Shown here piece by piece: positions 62,348 through 64,000 of a stretch of 64,000 nucleotides of DNA. Position 1 is the stretch's first letter; every line of letters begins with the position of its first letter. Origin of the DNA: an uncultured delta proteobacterium (lineage in GTDB: Bacteria; Myxococcota; Kuafuiibacteriia; Kuafuiibacteriales; Kuafuiibacteriaceae). The stretch lies in NCBI GenBank assembly GCA_963803435.1, contig CAWDML010000003.1:1-64000 (forward strand), in the 5' to 3' direction. Both the position numbers and the translations under genes were made by a program. The notes below the pieces were generated by a model. The model did no database searches and was not told the origin of the DNA. It was given only the letters and a program-made list of their open reading frames with translations.

Positions 62348-63236
62348 ATGGATCTCGAGGACGCGATCAAGGCCTGGACCGAGAGCCGGCGGTCCGCCAC
62401 CGACGAGGTCCTGGCCGCAGGCTCGACGCTGGCGGTGGTCCATGGCGCGTCGGTCCTGAGGTCGACGCCCACGATCTCGGACGTCCACGCGCGGACGAGC
62501 CGGTCCACGATCTCGGAGTCGGTCTGGCAGCTCCAGGGGCGCGTGGTCTCGGAGCACGAGTCGCTGCTCCGCTCGGGGGCTCGACACCGGTTCGTCCATG
62601 CGTCGCGAGAGCGGATGCTCGCGTCGCAGGGCACGAACGAGTACCACCTGAGGATTCTACGACGGAGACCGGTTCGTCGCGCGCCTCGCCGCCGTCGTCG
62701 CTCGGGCCTCCGATGGACTCCAGCAGCGACTCAATCGACTCGCCGCCTCCCTGAGCGCGCGCCTCTCGGCGGCCGATCGCGCGTTCCGGTCCGCGCTGCC
62801 GTCCGACCCGGGGTTCGCGTTGTTCCGGGGCGACGGCACCACGCAGTTCGCGGACGCGGCCGCGCGCCCTTGGCTAGACGTTCACGAGGTCGAGCTGAGC
62901 ATCGGCCGCGAGGTCGTGCAGCTCGCGTCCACCGGCGGGCGCCAGGTGCTGTTCTCGGTGCTGGGCGCCGAGGTCAAGCTCACCGCGCTCGAAGGACGCG
63001 GCGGCGTCATCTACCTCACCGAGCTGCGTCCTGCGCAGCCGTTGAGGTTGAGCGCGGGTGCCCACTTGACCCCGATGCAGCGTCGCGTCGCCGAGTATGC
63101 TGCGACGGGATCGACCGTCGTCGAGATCGCGCGCTCACTGGCGGTCGCGCCCGAAACCGTGCGCACGCATCTCCGCGAGATCTATCGGCGGCTGGCGGTG
63201 AGCAATCGGGTGGAGCTCCTGCGCGCCATGGGCTGA
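62348..63236 (+). CDS. LuxR-type HTH regulator (about 295 aa after correcting +1 at about 62655)
   Basis: C-terminal LTPMQRRVAEYAATG..EIARSL..PETVRTHLREIYRRLAVSNRVEL. Confidence 0.8.
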
Positions 63237-63332
63237 CTGTACCCATGGACAGGGTCTCCCCCGCGCCGGCCAAAGGCGACGTCCCAGCGGCCAGTGGCCA
63301 GGTGAGGCTTTCGGTCGCACTGCCCTACGGGT

Positions 63333-64000
63333 ATGGTCTCGCTCGGCTACGCTGTGACTGGGACCACAGAGCGCACGAGCTTTGGCCGTTTTCGTCTCGT
63401 GCGCGAGCTCGGCGCCGGCGCCACCGGGGTGGTGTGGGAAGCGCTCGATCCCGATCGTGGTCTCGTTGCGCTGAAGCGGGTCGGGCCCCTCGACACCGAG
63501 GCCCGCGACGAGCTCAAGCGGGAGTTTCGCGCCGTCTCCCGGATCTTCCATCGCAACCTCGTTCATCTCTACGAGCTGGGTGAGTTCGACGGCAGCTGCT
63601 ACTTCTCGATGGAGCTGATCCGCGGGCAGCGGCTCTTCGATCATCTCCGCCCGGACGGTGTCCCCGACTACGATCGGATCAGGGCGGCGGCGATCGAGCT
63701 CACCCGCGGGCTGCTCGCGCTCCATCGCGAGGGTGTCCTGCACTGCGACGTGAAGCCGGGGAACGTGCTGGTGGAGGACGCGAGCGGTCGCGTCGTTCTG
63801 GTCGACTTCGCGACCTCGCTCTCGATGGGAGGCAGCGAGGATCCTCGCCTCCATGGGTGGGCGGGTACGCCGGCCTACTTCTCACCGGAACGGATCCTGG
63901 GCGGACCGATGTCGGAGGCCTGGGACTGGTACAGCCTCGGCGTCCTCCTGTTCGAGGCGATGACCGGGCGAAAGCCGTTCGAGGATCTGCGAACCTCCCT
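63333..64000 (+). CDS. Hanks-type Ser/Thr protein kinase (partial, runs off window; not in the ORF track)
   Basis: LGAGATGVV, VALK, HRNLVHLYE, HCDVKPGNVL, LVDFA, GTPAYFSPE and DWYSLG. Confidence 0.9.
   Translation, partial: MVSLGYAVTGTTERTSFGRFRLVRELGAGATGVVWEALDPDRGLVALKRVGPLDTEARDELKREFRAVSRIFHRNLVHLYELGEFDGSCYFSMELIRGQRLFDHLRPDGVPDYDRIRAAAIELTRGLLALHREGVLHCDVKPGNVLVEDASGRVVLVDFATSLSMGGSEDPRLHGWAGTPAYFSPERILGGPMSEAWDWYSLGVLLFEAMTGRKPFEDLRTS

Overview
High-GC window from a Myxococcota-like bacterium. The assignment rests on an AglZ homologue, a FadI/FadJ pair, a PEGA-like protein, a Ser/Thr kinase and many orphan lipoproteins. It is mostly chromosomal backbone: fadIJ, PBP1A, mtgA, bamD, lgt, recX, hslO, folE/ribA, a long GlmS-like enzyme, two-component systems and a PatA/PatB-like O-acyltransferase pair. 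The left end holds an apparently intact IS630 element and a truncated IS1182 remnant. I saw no rRNA, tRNA or CRISPR array. Main observations: (1) ten apparent frameshifts are all single extra bases in or beside GATC, probably a sequencing artefact of GATC methylation, so these genes are likely intact; (2) a lipoprotein with 7 IPT/TIG and 7 FG-GAP repeats lies head-to-head with aglZ and upstream of PBP1A; (3) a candidate ceramide synthase/reductase pair shares an operon with a NUDIX-MBL fusion; (4) a BlaI-type repressor lacks its DNA-binding domain but keeps a palindromic operator; (5) a gluzincin-propeller-Omp85 fusion; (6) divergent folE and ribA share a dyad site; (7) a candidate structured RNA. 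All calls come from reading motifs by eye; no searches were run.
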